DNA from: Candidatus Dojkabacteria bacterium
Lineage (GTDB): Bacteria > Patescibacteriota > Dojkabacteria > B142 > JAFGFJ01
DNA: 64,000 nucleotides
Direction: 5' to 3'
Assembly: GCA_016931155.1 (NCBI GenBank)
Contig: JAFGFJ010000001.1
Span: 7,050 to 71,049, forward strand
This document shows positions 10,365-18,811 of the stretch, in pieces (positions within the stretch are counted from its first letter, which is position 1; every line of letters starts with the position of its first letter). Below the pieces are notes generated by a model. It was not told where the DNA came from. It made no database searches and saw nothing but the letters and a program-made list of their open reading frames with translations. Position numbers and translations under genes: made by a program.

Positions 10365-12488
10365 TCAGTCCAGATTATACAGAGAGACTAATTCTACCTT
10401 ACCATCACCAAACTCCACAAGCACATCCCTATCCTTTATGCTCAATATTTTTCCAATCTTGCCCCAACTAGAAAGGCTCCTTACCACCACCTCCTTGTTT
10501 GCCCTGAAACTGCTGGTCTGTGACAATGAAACCCCCTTGATCGAAAACTTATTTTCTCCTCCAAAATATATTTTTACTGCTTTTTCTTCAACATCAAGGC
10601 GGGCAACATGCCCTTCAAATCGGGATATTCTTTTTTTGAAATCTTTCCCCATCCTGAATTTGCCATAACCCATAAGTACCCCTATCGCAAAATCCAGATT
10701 TGTCTTAACCAGAAAATCCTCAAGTTTCCCTATATTTTTATAATGAATTGACTCAAAGACTATACCTTTTAGACCAAGCTGAAGTAGCTGTCTGAGGTTA
10801 TACAAACTGAGTTCATCTTCCTCGAAAAACAAAATTTTATTTGTCAGATCCTTTTCTTCATAATCAAAAACAAGCTCCCCCTCAACACTTTTCCCGACGG
10901 TATCAAAGAGATTAGTACGAAATTCTCCTGTCTCATAAAGCACTCCTTTTCCAGGTACTACCTTCAAAATTGTACCCGAAACCTCGGCAGTTCCTTCTAC
11001 ATTCTTTGTCAACACATCAAGTTCAATAAAGCCGTTTTCCACATTCCCAAGTAACACCTTCCCGTAGTTCGGACTTTTCAGTTGCCTTTCTTTATTTCCA
11101 AAAAATCCCTCTTTTTCTGCAAGCAACTGTCCTTTTTCAACAAGTTGACCATCAATAACCACAACATGTTCATGAAAATCTTCAAATATATCCAAAGGCG
11201 AGACCAAATCTAGTACCTGTCTTTCAATTTTATTCTTGTAAATACCAATTTTCTGTCCCTTCTTAACCTCAGATTTCTGGGGAACAGACAAGGTAAATGA
11301 TTTATTGGTCTTCTGCTCAAATATACTTTTTCCAGAGTATAAAATGTTCGAAATATCCAGATCTACAACTTTTCTCCTTTCGTCTTGTTTTTCAACTTTC
11401 ATTCCTCTTTCCCAATCATTGAATTGATCTATCAATTGATCTTTTGATGATTGCGCAACACCCAACAGATCGCTATATTCAATTTCCCTTGTGTCAACAA
11501 ATAGCAAATTGCCCCTCAGATCGATTCTAGCTTTTTCATCATTTTTGATACTGGAAACCTCAAGATACTCCTTGTCATATATTTCAATTACCCTTATTTT
11601 GTTTTTTTCTATCACCAAATCGCTGGGAACCCCTTCTATTGGAATTAAACTGTGTTTGTAATCCTGAAGTTCTGTCGGGATGAAAATATAGCTTGCCGCT
11701 TCAGCCGTTTCCTCAATATACTCAAGACTTTCTGAATTAAAATAATTAAAAATATCTATAATAAACTCATATCTTTTACTAAGACCCAAAGCACTTCCAA
11801 GTAATGATACTAGATAAATATAATTACCCCATACAAAAGGAAATTCTCCAGTTAAAATAATATCAGAGACGGCTTTTCTCCAGTTTACTTCTTTTTCATC
11901 TATCCTTTCCGTTAACACTTCAAAGATCAAACCATATAACAAGGTCTCCACCTGATAATTACTGTACGAAGCTACAGGAAATGCTTTTTGAAAGTTCAAT
12001 AATTTCACCTCATCTATTCCATAGAAATCAAGAAATCCCTTGATTTTCGTGAATTTTGAAAGAGACTGATAAGTCATTTCTATTGACTCAACAAACCCCT
12101 TCTCACCCCCAAGAATAATATCTATACGATCAACATCCCAGTTAATTATCAGTCTGCTTTCTGTAAGAATTGATTCCAGCTCAGCTTCTTGTACAGAAGT
12201 ACACAAATCCTGAATGACACCCGGCACAAACTTGCCTGAAAGAGTCACACACTCTACATCTTTGTTGAAACATATTGTCTTTGGATTTGATTTTTTACTG
12301 AGAATATTTACCTTGGAAGCTTCTTCCAGAGACCTAATCATGAAATACATAATCTCGCCAGACTGAGAGTCATCCGCCAGAAAAGGAATCCTTGATACCG
12401 TTGAGAAAACAGGCTCGAAGTCTTTCATCGAGAGCATAGTCAGCCCTATAAACTGACTGGCATAGTTTATATGAAGGAGCAGCTTCAT
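10365..12488 (-). CDS. Large hypothetical protein (707 aa) of unknown function
   Basis: Long uninterrupted ORF between ctpA and rpsR with no TM segments. The C-terminal ~250 aa look like a beta-rich barrel-like region. No motif could be assigned by eye. Confidence 0.5.
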   Translation of the reverse strand: MKLLLHINYASQFIGLTMLSMKDFEPVFSTVSRIPFLADDSQSGEIMYFMIRSLEEASKVNILSKKSNPKTICFNKDVECVTLSGKFVPGVIQDLCTSVQEAELESILTESRLIINWDVDRIDIILGGEKGFVESIEMTYQSLSKFTKIKGFLDFYGIDEVKLLNFQKAFPVASYSNYQVETLLYGLIFEVLTERIDEKEVNWRKAVSDIILTGEFPFVWGNYIYLVSLLGSALGLSKRYEFIIDIFNYFNSESLEYIEETAEAASYIFIPTELQDYKHSLIPIEGVPSDLVIEKNKIRVIEIYDKEYLEVSSIKNDEKARIDLRGNLLFVDTREIEYSDLLGVAQSSKDQLIDQFNDWERGMKVEKQDERRKVVDLDISNILYSGKSIFEQKTNKSFTLSVPQKSEVKKGQKIGIYKNKIERQVLDLVSPLDIFEDFHEHVVVIDGQLVEKGQLLAEKEGFFGNKERQLKSPNYGKVLLGNVENGFIELDVLTKNVEGTAEVSGTILKVVPGKGVLYETGEFRTNLFDTVGKSVEGELVFDYEEKDLTNKILFFEEDELSLYNLRQLLQLGLKGIVFESIHYKNIGKLEDFLVKTNLDFAIGVLMGYGKFRMGKDFKKRISRFEGHVARLDVEEKAVKIYFGGENKFSIKGVSLSQTSSFRANKEVVVRSLSSWGKIGKILSIKDRDVLVEFGDGKVELVSLYNLD

Positions 12489-12495
12489 CTTTTTC

Positions 12496-12732
12496 TTATG
12501 TATACTGAGCGAAAGGCAATAATGCTATATACCTCGCCCTCTTTATTTCCCTGGTAAGTTTTTTTTGACAGGAAGAACATACTCCTGTTCTACTCGATGG
12601 CAAAATTCTTCCCCTTGTCGTGACAAATTTCTTAATTTTGTAAACATCTTTGTATGAGATGATCTCTCCGCATAGCGGACAGGATGAATACTGTGGGATT
12701 ATTTTTATTTTTTTCTTTCTCTTTTTATTCAT
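12496..12732 (-). CDS. rpsR: 30S ribosomal protein S18
   Basis: CPLCGEIISYKDVYKIKKFVTTRGRILPSSRTGVCSSCQKKLTREIKRARYIALLP matches the S18 consensus. Lies in the rpsF-ssb-rpsR arrangement. Confidence 0.85.
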   Translation of the reverse strand: MNKKRKKKIKIIPQYSSCPLCGEIISYKDVYKIKKFVTTRGRILPSSRTGVCSSCQKKLTREIKRARYIALLPFAQYT

Positions 12733-12838
12733 TGTTTTTAGTTTTTACCCTTTTTATCGAATTTTTTATAGCTCGTCTGGTCGAGATGGATACTTCCGTC
12801 TTCAAGACAGACTAAAAACCCAACCAAACGTTTATAGT

Positions 12839-13369
12839 TTAAAACAATTCTTCAGCCTCCCTGCTTATATCCTCATCCTCTGCTCCTTCCTTTTTTCCCT
12901 TCCTCTCCGGTTTCTCTTTATTATCTTCTTTTTCTTTTTTGTCTTCGACTTCTTCCAAAACTACCTCCTGATCCACCCTCACAGAATTATTTCTGTCCTT
13001 TGCCCCTTCAATCCCAACAGGATCCCTCCCTTTCTTATCAAGAAGTTTCAGATCATCTATCTTAACTTCTGTTCTGAAGTGTCTTACTCCATTCTCATCG
13101 TCCCATGTTCTTGTTCGTAATTCTCCTTCAACATAAACCAGCATTCCTGTTGAAAGAATTTGTGCAGTAATCTCTGCAAGCTTATTCCATGCTACAACAT
13201 TATGAAATTCTGTTCTCTCCTGAATATTGTTGTCAGCATCTTTCCAGGTAGAGTTTGTAGCAATACCAAATGTTGAAACAACCCCGCCATTTGGGGTCTC
13301 TTTTAGTGATGGATCCCTTGTTATGTTTCCTATCAACATCACCTTATTTAACGATCTTGAGGTTGACAT
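12839..13369 (-). CDS. ssb: Single-stranded DNA-binding protein
   Basis: OB-fold consensus (VMLIGNITRDPSLKETPNGGVVSTFGIATN...TEFHNVVAWNKLAE...YVEGELRTRTW) with an acidic C-terminal tail. Confidence 0.85.
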   Translation of the reverse strand: MSTSRSLNKVMLIGNITRDPSLKETPNGGVVSTFGIATNSTWKDADNNIQERTEFHNVVAWNKLAEITAQILSTGMLVYVEGELRTRTWDDENGVRHFRTEVKIDDLKLLDKKGRDPVGIEGAKDRNNSVRVDQEVVLEEVEDKKEKEDNKEKPERKGKKEGAEDEDISREAEELF

Positions 13370-13403
13370 TTATAATAATTAAGAAATAAATTAAAACCCT
13401 AAA

Positions 13404-13685
13404 TCAATCTAACTTGATAGTCATATAGCGCAAAATATCCCCCATAAGCTTAAGCTCCCTTTGGAAATCTATAATTTTATCCGGAGTTAACTCAATATTG
13501 TAGAGGATATAATATCCTTCTTCGTGTTTCTTTATGGGATATGCCAGGTGCTTCTTTCCCCAAACATCTTTACTTACTACTTTTCCCTTCTGGGATTCGA
13601 CGTAGTCTTCAACTTTTTTCAAAACCTTAGTCTTCAAATCCTCTGGCAAGAGTGGCTTCAAAACCAAAACTAATTCATACTTCAT
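13404..13685 (-). CDS. rpsF: 30S ribosomal protein S6
   Basis: MKYELVLVLKP...HLAYPIKKHEEGYYILYNIE matches the S6 consensus. First gene of rpsF-ssb-rpsR. Confidence 0.8.
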   Translation of the reverse strand: MKYELVLVLKPLLPEDLKTKVLKKVEDYVESQKGKVVSKDVWGKKHLAYPIKKHEEGYYILYNIELTPDKIIDFQRELKLMGDILRYMTIKLD

Positions 13686-13889
13686 ATTTATATAAAATCA
13701 ATTTATATGGATCCTTTCAAATCGGGATCCCGACCAAGTCGGGAATAAACTGAAATGGAAGTGCTTGAGAATAATAACATAATTTTCCACTTTGTAAATA
13801 TTTCCCGGAAACAATCTCAAAATATTTTTCTGCATTGATTGGAAACAAATAATAACCCAAAGAGTGCTCCGAAGCTAAAATCACTATAA

Positions 13890-14606
13890 CTATTGGGCGT
13901 TTTTTCTAAGATTGTACCCATACTTGAGCACACAAAAGCCGAGCAGTGTTAAAACCAAACCAGCAGCAATTCTGTCCTCGGATTTTCCAATAACAGCTGT
14001 TCGAGGTAGCTCTCCAGATGCAGGAATAGGAGAGGATGTTGGAGCTGGACTGCCTGTCGGACTCGGTGATGGCGATGGTGACGGTGACGGCGATGGTGAT
14101 GGCGATGGTGACGGCGATGCACCCGGCTTCACCGTAACACTAGCCGTAGCACTACAGGTTGCATTGGTACTTCCCGGAGTAGTTATGCTCAAGCTATAGG
14201 TACCAGATAGTTCCGCTTTCACCACTTGACCAAGACAATTGTACCCACCCCCCGTTGCATCGCAAGAAAGAACGGTTGATCCATTTGGAGAAGCCACAAC
14301 ATAACGACAATCTGTACACGGTGTATCGGTACTATTTCTAAACCCTCCCACTCTGAATGTCTCTCCTTGGTTTACAGTAAGATTTGGCTGCCACGGACAT
14401 TGCTGCCATGGCTCACACTGAACCCTTGCCTGAGTTGAATTATATGGGCAATCTCCTGCTGCTTTTCCCTCTTCAGGTGTTGTTGGAGCTTTCTGAGTTA
14501 GCCTCCAGGCAATAAAAACCGCTGCTATTCCAAGTGCCAATGCGATAGACACGAGAATAATAAAATAGGTTTTACGCTGTTTTTCTGTTTCTGCTATAGT
14601 TGCCAT
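13890..14606 (-). CDS. Cys-rich surface protein with N-terminal signal anchor, (SP)10 linker, and an LPRTA motif followed by a hydrophobic segment and basic tail (sortase-signal-like C-terminus)
   Basis: N-terminal TM (FIILVSIALALGIAAVFIAW). 10 Cys in the middle domain. SPSPSPSPSPSPSPSPSPSP repeat. C-terminus ...ELPRTAVIGKSEDRIAAGLVLTLLGFCVLKYGYNLRKNAQ. The DNA is visibly GC-richer than its flanks. Confidence 0.6.
   Translation of the reverse strand: MATIAETEKQRKTYFIILVSIALALGIAAVFIAWRLTQKAPTTPEEGKAAGDCPYNSTQARVQCEPWQQCPWQPNLTVNQGETFRVGGFRNSTDTPCTDCRYVVASPNGSTVLSCDATGGGYNCLGQVVKAELSGTYSLSITTPGSTNATCSATASVTVKPGASPSPSPSPSPSPSPSPSPSPTGSPAPTSSPIPASGELPRTAVIGKSEDRIAAGLVLTLLGFCVLKYGYNLRKNAQ
14040..14112. 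repeat. Hexanucleotide tandem repeat (GGTGAT/GGCGAT/GGTGAC)x~12 that encodes the (Ser-Pro)n linker on the minus strand
   Basis: Seen directly: ggtgatggcgatggtgacggtgacggcgatggtgatggcgatggtgacggcgatgc. Confidence 0.8.
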
Positions 14607-14818
14607 AGAGAATTGTATAAAACAAAATTAACATCAATAGATGGTCTTAGCAACCATAAAAGTAAGACCAGTATACTTCCAATATCACTTGCACCTCTAC
14701 ACATCTTGTATCGCATCACTTCTCAGTAAAATGGAATACACATATTGATTTTATTCAAAATCAATCCCCAATTGAAACAAAAAAACAAAGGTTAAGACTT
14801 AGGATTCAATTGTCAGCT

Positions 14819-15895
14819 TCAAACCCCATGCTTGAAGAGCATAACATCACCATCTTTAACAATATATTCTTTTCCTTCAAGCCTCACTTTCCCCTTTTCC
14901 CTGGCTCCTTCCCATCCGCTAAAATCCACAAAGTCTCCATAGCTGACAACATCAGCCGCAATAAATTTTTGCTCAAAGTCAGTATGTATTACTCCCGCCG
15001 CCTGTGGCACTTTCGCTCCTGCAGTTATTGTCCACGCTCTCACTTCCATTGGCCCAGCAGTAAAGAATGAAATAAGACCAAGCATTTTATAAGAAAGCTG
15101 AGTAAGTTTCTCAAAGCCTGATCTTTCAAGACCCAGACCTTCGAGATATTCTTTTTTTTCTTCATCTGAAAGATCAGTGAGTTCTGATTCCATTTTGACA
15201 TCCAGAAATAAGAGTTCACCTTGAAGTTTGGTCAAAAGCTTTTTCATATCTTCGGATTCGTGTTTATTTACCGATTGATTAATGAGATAAATCAAAGGTT
15301 TATCCGTAAGCAGAAATAATTCCTTCCTGAATTTTTTTATTTCCTCTTCTGTACCTTCATATTTAAAATTAAACGCAAGTTTTCCTTCGGCAAGATGATC
15401 AAGCAGACCTTTTGAAAATTCTTTTGTTTTTTCATCCACTTCTCTATCCCTCTCAACTTGTCCCCATTTTCTTTCTACTGCTTCCAAATCTTTGAGTACA
15501 AGTTCCGTTTCCAGGATATCAATATCTGCAAGGGGGTCAACACGATTCTCAACATGAGTGACATCACTTGACTCAAATGCTCTAACAACTTGAACAATAG
15601 CATCTACTTCCCTGATATGAGAAAGAAACTTATTTCCAAGTCCTTCACCTTTGTGTGCCCCCTTCACTAGGCCTGCTATATCAACAAACTTGATAACCGC
15701 AGGAACTTTCTTTTCCGGCTTTACTATTTCTTCAAGTTTGTCGAGACGATCGTCATGAACAGCTACAACACCAACGTTCGGCTCAATCGTATTGAACGGA
15801 TAATTCTCGGCCGGAACCTTGTTTTTTGTAAGGGCATTGAAAAGAGTTGATTTCCCTACGTTTGGAAGTCCAACAATGCCGATTGAAAGAGACAT
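14819..15895 (-). CDS. ychF: Ribosome-binding ATPase YchF (Obg-family GTPase)
   Basis: G1 motif GIVGLPNVGKSTLFNALT, YchF helical insertion, and a C-terminal TGS domain. Confidence 0.85.
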   Translation of the reverse strand: MSLSIGIVGLPNVGKSTLFNALTKNKVPAENYPFNTIEPNVGVVAVHDDRLDKLEEIVKPEKKVPAVIKFVDIAGLVKGAHKGEGLGNKFLSHIREVDAIVQVVRAFESSDVTHVENRVDPLADIDILETELVLKDLEAVERKWGQVERDREVDEKTKEFSKGLLDHLAEGKLAFNFKYEGTEEEIKKFRKELFLLTDKPLIYLINQSVNKHESEDMKKLLTKLQGELLFLDVKMESELTDLSDEEKKEYLEGLGLERSGFEKLTQLSYKMLGLISFFTAGPMEVRAWTITAGAKVPQAAGVIHTDFEQKFIAADVVSYGDFVDFSGWEGAREKGKVRLEGKEYIVKDGDVMLFKHGV

Positions 15896-15945
15896 AAATC
15901 AGAACATAAACTAATTCTTTTTTTCTTGACTGCTGGTCAAGCTTT

Positions 15946-16695
15946 CTACAAACACTCCTTGTCTTCCGAAAGCTCTAAAAGAATATCAGGGGGTTCCACT
16001 CCTAAAGCGTGGTAAAGAGCATTAATCGCATAACCACCAACGGACTGGAGATATTTAAGATACTCTATCGACTTTTCAGGAGCATTAGGTATCATCTCAA
16101 GATCTATACGTATCGGATTATCAACCTCCATCTCAGCCTCCATCTCATCTGGATCCGATAAAACCCTCATAGCATCTTCACGTGACTCAAATCCAAGATG
16201 CAGTAGTACTTTTGCGTTACAACTCTTATCTAAAAGAGTTACCTCTCGACAACCATCTTCATCGTATTTCAGATTTGCCTCAAAGCCTTTTCTCTTAAGC
16301 TCCTCAAGGATAGTTTCTGCTTTTGCGGGTATCTGCCATTGCACTTCACTGTTTTTTTCCTCAGGAGAAAAATAAAAAAAGAATGTAACTTTCCCCCATT
16401 CTCCACTTTCTAGAGAGTAGGCAGCTTTCAACTCGACCAAAATCTGATTTAAAACACTATCATAAACGTCTACCAACCATATCTTAGTTCCAGGAAACAG
16501 CCGTCGCGATTCCCCCCTAAGACACTGCTCTATCTGTTCAGAACCTTCCACAAGAAGTTGATCATGAGTTGAGTCACCACAGTGTGAAGACCATTTTTTG
16601 AGCCAGTCGGCAATCCATCGGGGGTTGGGAATAGATAAACGAAATCCAGTTGCTCCCGGGTCACTCTCGTTTGTAGATCTATATTCATCTTTCAT
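15946..16695 (-). CDS. Hypothetical protein
   Basis: 249-aa ORF with coding-like composition and no recognisable motif. Confidence 0.4.
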   Translation of the reverse strand: MKDEYRSTNESDPGATGFRLSIPNPRWIADWLKKWSSHCGDSTHDQLLVEGSEQIEQCLRGESRRLFPGTKIWLVDVYDSVLNQILVELKAAYSLESGEWGKVTFFFYFSPEEKNSEVQWQIPAKAETILEELKRKGFEANLKYDEDGCREVTLLDKSCNAKVLLHLGFESREDAMRVLSDPDEMEAEMEVDNPIRIDLEMIPNAPEKSIEYLKYLQSVGGYAINALYHALGVEPPDILLELSEDKECL

Positions 16696-16796
16696 CTTGT
16701 ATATTACCTAAAAGCAAAGAATTATAGCGTAAATTTTGAAAAGTTACTTGAACACAACTGAGTTTCGTTCTATATTGTCTCATCCTAATTATTCTT

Positions 16797-17063
16797 ATGA
16801 AGATTCCTAAAAGATTTAAAAACCTTTTCTGGGACATCCATACACAAAGTCTGGACTACTCTGATCACAAAAATTTTGTGATCTCCAGAATTCTCGAAAA
16901 GGGAAATTTTGATGTTATCAGATGGCTATTTAAGTGTTACTCAATAAGTGAGATACTCCATACAATAAATACATCTACAAATCTCTCCCGGTCAACAATA
17001 TGCCTCTGGAAAATGGTATTATTGCCTCATGGGCAAGCTCTACAAGGAAGTTCTGAGGTCTGA
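16797..17063 (+). CDS. Small hypothetical protein immediately upstream of, and overlapping, the AbiEii-like gene. Possible cognate antitoxin-like partner or a fragment.
   Basis: 88-aa ORF overlapping the next gene by 35 nt. This arrangement is typical of TA-like pairs. No motif was identified. Confidence 0.3.
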   Translation: MKIPKRFKNLFWDIHTQSLDYSDHKNFVISRILEKGNFDVIRWLFKCYSISEILHTINTSTNLSRSTICLWKMVLLPHGQALQGSSEV

Positions 17064-17661
17064 TAGCTTTCAACTGCTCCAGAACATTAGTCAAAACAAG
17101 TCTCTTAATACATTTTTCCTTGCCGGAGGAACTTCTCTTGCTCTACAGATCGGACATAGAATTTCAGATGATCTGGATTTTTTTACAAAAAGCGAGTTCA
17201 AAAGTAATTTATTGAGCGAAATTCAGGGGAAATATGAAGTAATCACACTTCATGACAATTCGATAGAGATTATTCAAAGCAATACGAAAGTATCATTTCT
17301 CTTTTTTGCATTTCCATTATACAAAAAGCTTAAAAAGGCAGGAAATATCAGGCTGGCAGATCCGATTGATATTGGGCTGATGAAGCTTCTGGCTCTCCAG
17401 GGCAGAACAACAAAAAAAGATATAGTCGATTTGTATTTCATTGACAAGGAAATAATCCAGCTTGAGAAACTTCTGAAGCTATTCGAATCTCATTTTCCTA
17501 AAGAAAGTTTCAACAGCTACTCAAGCATCAAGGAATTATTTAACCTTGAAGAACTCGCAGCAGAACCCATGCCAAAAATGATAAAAAAAGTAAAGTGGGA
17601 GGAAGCTCTGGAAAAAGTGTTAGGAGAAGTTTCAAGATTTGTCAGGCAAACTGTCGACTAA
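17029..17661 (+). CDS. Nucleotidyltransferase of the AbiEii/DUF1814 (type IV TA / abortive infection) family; shorter than typical
   Basis: FFLAGGTSLALQIGHRISDDLDFFT matches the AbiEii N-terminal GGTAL...R.SeDlDF signature from memory. It is 210 aa versus the usual ~280-300. Confidence 0.45.
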   Translation: MGKLYKEVLRSDSFQLLQNISQNKSLNTFFLAGGTSLALQIGHRISDDLDFFTKSEFKSNLLSEIQGKYEVITLHDNSIEIIQSNTKVSFLFFAFPLYKKLKKAGNIRLADPIDIGLMKLLALQGRTTKKDIVDLYFIDKEIIQLEKLLKLFESHFPKESFNSYSSIKELFNLEELAAEPMPKMIKKVKWEEALEKVLGEVSRFVRQTVD

Positions 17662-17902
17662 CTTGGGTTGAAATAAAAGCTGACCAACTTGACAATTTTG
17701 CGAAATATATACTAAGTATGTTTCATACAATATCTTTCGCAAATTATGAAAACAAAAAGATTACAAAAACTTATTTCTTTTCCTAAACCTCTTTATGAAA
17801 TTATGGGAAAAAAGCCAACAAATATGGTATGCTTTTCCCTGAATATATTCGATACGTTACATTGAAACACATTCAAGAAGAAGAAAAAATTCTTGATAAA
17901 TC

Positions 17903-18640
17903 CTAATATAAAACATCAAACCCATTTGATTTTATATCCCCATTTAACATCCCAATCACTGCCATACCTATATGATATCCCAGATTTACAGGCACTGCAT
18001 TACCAATCTGTCTATATTGAGAAGCGACAGATCCTTCGAACTTCCAGTCATCTGGAAAGGTTTGAATCCTTGCATATTCTCTTATAGTCAACGGGCGTGT
18101 TTCTATCGGATGACATCTTTCCGTCTGCTTTTGTGCAGGACTCGTTGTAAGTGTCAAAGAGGGTTCATCCCAACTTAACCTACGAGCCATCCCTGTTCTT
18201 CCGCCGGTATGAAAAAAGCTGGCACCCATATATTCTCTCTGTAGCTCTTTGGGTAGATCCCTCCAATAACCTCCAGGAGGTATAAGTTTCATGATTTTAG
18301 CTTTTGACTTAGGATAACTATAGCCCTCCGATATCGGGACACCTTCCAAAGCCTCTCTCAAACTAACAATATAATTCCTTTCCCTGGGAAAAAGAATTGA
18401 AAGATTTAACCCTTTTTTAACACCTATTATTATCAGCCTTTCTCTTTTTTGTGGAGTATCTAGATACTGCGAACGCAACACTTTGTACTTTACCATATAC
18501 CCTATTTCATTAAGAGCACTTAGCATTGTCTCCAATGTTTTACCTTTATCATGTTTCAATAGACCTCTAACGTTCTCACCTATGACAATCTTTGGACTTA
18601 TTTCATTAAATTCTCTAGCACTTGACAGAATTAGACCTAC
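17903..18640 (-). pseudogene. DNA (cytosine-5)-methyltransferase, N-terminally truncated. Motifs VI-X and the TRD are present; motifs I-IV, including the catalytic PCQ, are absent.
   Basis: The in-frame translation upstream of the annotated TTG start gives ...REFNEISPKIVIGENVRGLLKHDKG (motif VI ENV). Further motifs follow: TPQKRERLIIIG (motif VIII), TIREYARIQTFPDDWKF (IX), QYRQIGNAVPVNLGYHIG (X). Only ~210 nt remain between the frame's upstream stop and the neighbouring gene. That leaves no room for the ~130-aa SAM-binding/catalytic N-terminal half. Confidence 0.7.
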
Positions 18641-18811
18641 TTATTGAAAAACATACAAAATGCCGCCTATAAATTGGGAAAAAGCACAGTATAAGAATGA
18701 GACTCTATAAACTTCGCCCATAAGTTTATGATCGTTGATACTAAATAATAATCAGTAGAAGTCATTTTTTGTAAAGAGTGACTCCACTGATCAACATACG
18801 GAGAAATAGTG

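Noticed and set aside
13700-13745. GGATCC / CCCGAC...GTCGGG dyads as a terminator for the upstream surface-protein gene
   Set aside because: On the relevant (minus) strand the hairpin is not followed by a U-tract, so it is not a convincing intrinsic terminator.
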